Origin: Malacoraja senta
Taxonomy: Eukaryota
Length of the DNA stretch: 64,000 nucleotides
Reading direction: 5' to 3'
Assembly (NCBI GenBank): GCA_038087875.1
Contig: CM075981.1
Coordinates: 744,001 to 808,000, forward strand
Below the pieces are notes generated by a model, which was given only the letters and a program-made list of their open reading frames with translations, had not been told where the DNA came from and ran no database searches. Below, piece after piece: positions 62,374 to 64,000 of this stretch. Position numbers and translations under genes: made by a program. Every line of letters begins with the position of its first letter. Within the stretch, counting starts at the first letter, position 1.

Positions 62374-64000
62374 CATGCGATTCGATGCCAAATTCCACCT
62401 GGCAATAGTGCTGTGAAGAACCTTGAGACTTTTCCATCACCTTTAAGGCACTGTTGAAATGCAAGTTGTTGTTGCATTATTGCAAAGAATTGCTCAATAA
62501 ACCTTTAGTCAGAGGGTGATGAATCTGCGGAATTCTTTGCCACAGTGGCTGTCGGTGATTATTTTTAAGGCAGAGATAGATTCTCATTTAGTACAGGTGT
62601 CAGAGGTTATGGGGAGAAGGTAGGAGAATGGTGTTAGTAGGGAGAGATGGATCAGCAATGATTGAATGGCGGAGTAGACTTGATGGGCCGAATGGACTCA
62701 TTCTACTCCTATCACTTATGACCTAATGACAAAAATTCAGCATCTTTTATTACATTGGATTACTTTAATTATTATTCAATGTGCAGGGTTTTACACAGCA
62801 ATTCAATTGGTAATAAAGTTAAAAGTTCACATTCTGGAGAGCCAGCTTTGAGTTCTAGTCTACCTACTGCTGTTTTTTGGGTGAATGTCAGGATGTACAG
62901 AAGTGTCTGCAAACATTGGTGCCTTTTTGAGGTAGCGACTACGATAAATAGTAAGTTTGGAGCTGAGTTGCAGAGGTCACCCCTCACCCTGCCACTATGT
63001 CCTACAGTGGTATAGGACAGGCAGCACACCCTCCCCACTGACGATCTAGGAACCTCTGTGTGGAGAAAGATGATCAGATCAATCCAGGTCAGGTTCATAA
63101 GTTATAAGAGCAGAATTAGGACATTCGGCCCTTCAAGTCCACTCCGCCATTCAATCAATCATGGCTGACCTATCTTTCCCTCTCTACACCATTCTCCTGC
63201 CTGCTCCCCATAACCCCTGACACCCATACTAATCAAGAATCTATCAAGCTCTGCCTTAAAAAATATCCATTGACTTGGCCTCCACATCCTTCGATTGCAA
63301 TGATTTCCACTTGATTCACCACCCTCTGACTAAAGAAATTCCTTCTCATCTCCTTTCTAAAACAATATTGAATGTATATTTCTCCTCCGAGAATGTCGGA
63401 TGGAGTTTTGTAAGGATCATGTTTTTTATATATTTATTTTTCAAATAAAGTATATTTTGAAATTTAAAAAAAAATTGAGTCAGAGAGTTGTTTGTTCAAC
63501 TCCCACTCCTGAAGCTCGAGGACTGAGGGAGTGCAGTACTGAAGGAGTTTGCCACTGCTGGAGGTGAAGTCACTTTGCCGAGGCATTTAGCTGATCTGCT
63601 GTCTGCTCTGTCTCAAGTCACTGAAAAAGGTCACCTGGAGATAGTTCTTGCCAGAATAGTGGAGAGACTCCTTGTTCTGGGGGAAGAGTTATCTGTAAAA
63701 ACCAAGATCAACAAGGCAAGCTGTAGGTAGTTATCTCCCTTCTCTACAGGGAGCTTGCTGTGTGCAATTTGGCTGCAAACAACATGACGACAATCGTTGA
63801 TGGAAGTCTCTACTGAAACTATCGAGTGTTGATCAATTTATCATTAGCACCTCACCCAGTACAGTGAGGCCCGTGGCTAAATATAATTCTATAATGGTTC
63901 ACAGCAGGATAGTGGAGGATCTCCTTGTTCTGGGGCAAGAGGTATCCCATCAACCAAGGACACCAAAGTCATCTGTAGGATAGTTGTTGTTTATTAAAGG
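62374..64000 (-). repeat. Inverted duplicate of 7681-9208 joined to an inverted copy of 39305-39830
   Basis: Reverse-complement matches such as 62374-62500 versus 9075-9208 and 63480-64000 versus 39305-39830. Confidence 0.85.

Noticed and set aside
62772-63098. 108-aa minus-strand ORF in the conserved block
   Set aside because: The same frame has a stop in the 8345 copy and resembles no protein family I recognise.
1-64000. CRISPR arrays, rRNA genes or prokaryotic defence systems
   Set aside because: None seen; the sequence is eukaryotic and the short repeats are microsatellite LINE/SINE tails without spacers.

Overview
Vertebrate genomic DNA, probably a cartilaginous fish (skate/ray inferred from HE1-like tRNA SINEs and CR1 LINEs with (CATAGAAA)n tails). 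It is dominated by repeats: a DIRS1 retrotransposon, a full-length nested L1, many CR1 pieces, two Tc1 copies, SINEs and Penelope-derived foldback elements with hammerhead-ribozyme cores. Hidden among these, mostly as short exons missed by the ORF track, is a tandem cluster of CD300/pIgR-like single-V Ig receptors on the + strand that forms a paired-receptor system. Gene B can be assembled completely with matching splice phases: leader 40322-40418, V 43317-43640, mucin stalk 44977-45133, uncharged TM 45737-45852, cytoplasmic exons 49166-49218 and 50818-50973, giving 300 aa with two ITIMs and a YxN motif. Gene A has a leader (12235-12331), two V exons (25906-26229, 29250-29573), a transposon-broken stalk and an Arg-containing activating TM exon (34590-34701). 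A second, orphan activating TM exon (59287-59398) lies downstream of gene B and is phase-compatible with its stalk. All three V domains lack the family-typical C-C' disulfide and differ mainly in the C-C' and F-G loops. All gene models were derived by hand from splice signals and reading frame; there is no transcript evidence. Two assembly gaps are present (40060-40259, 50306-50456). Repeat boundaries are approximate unless a target-site duplication is quoted.
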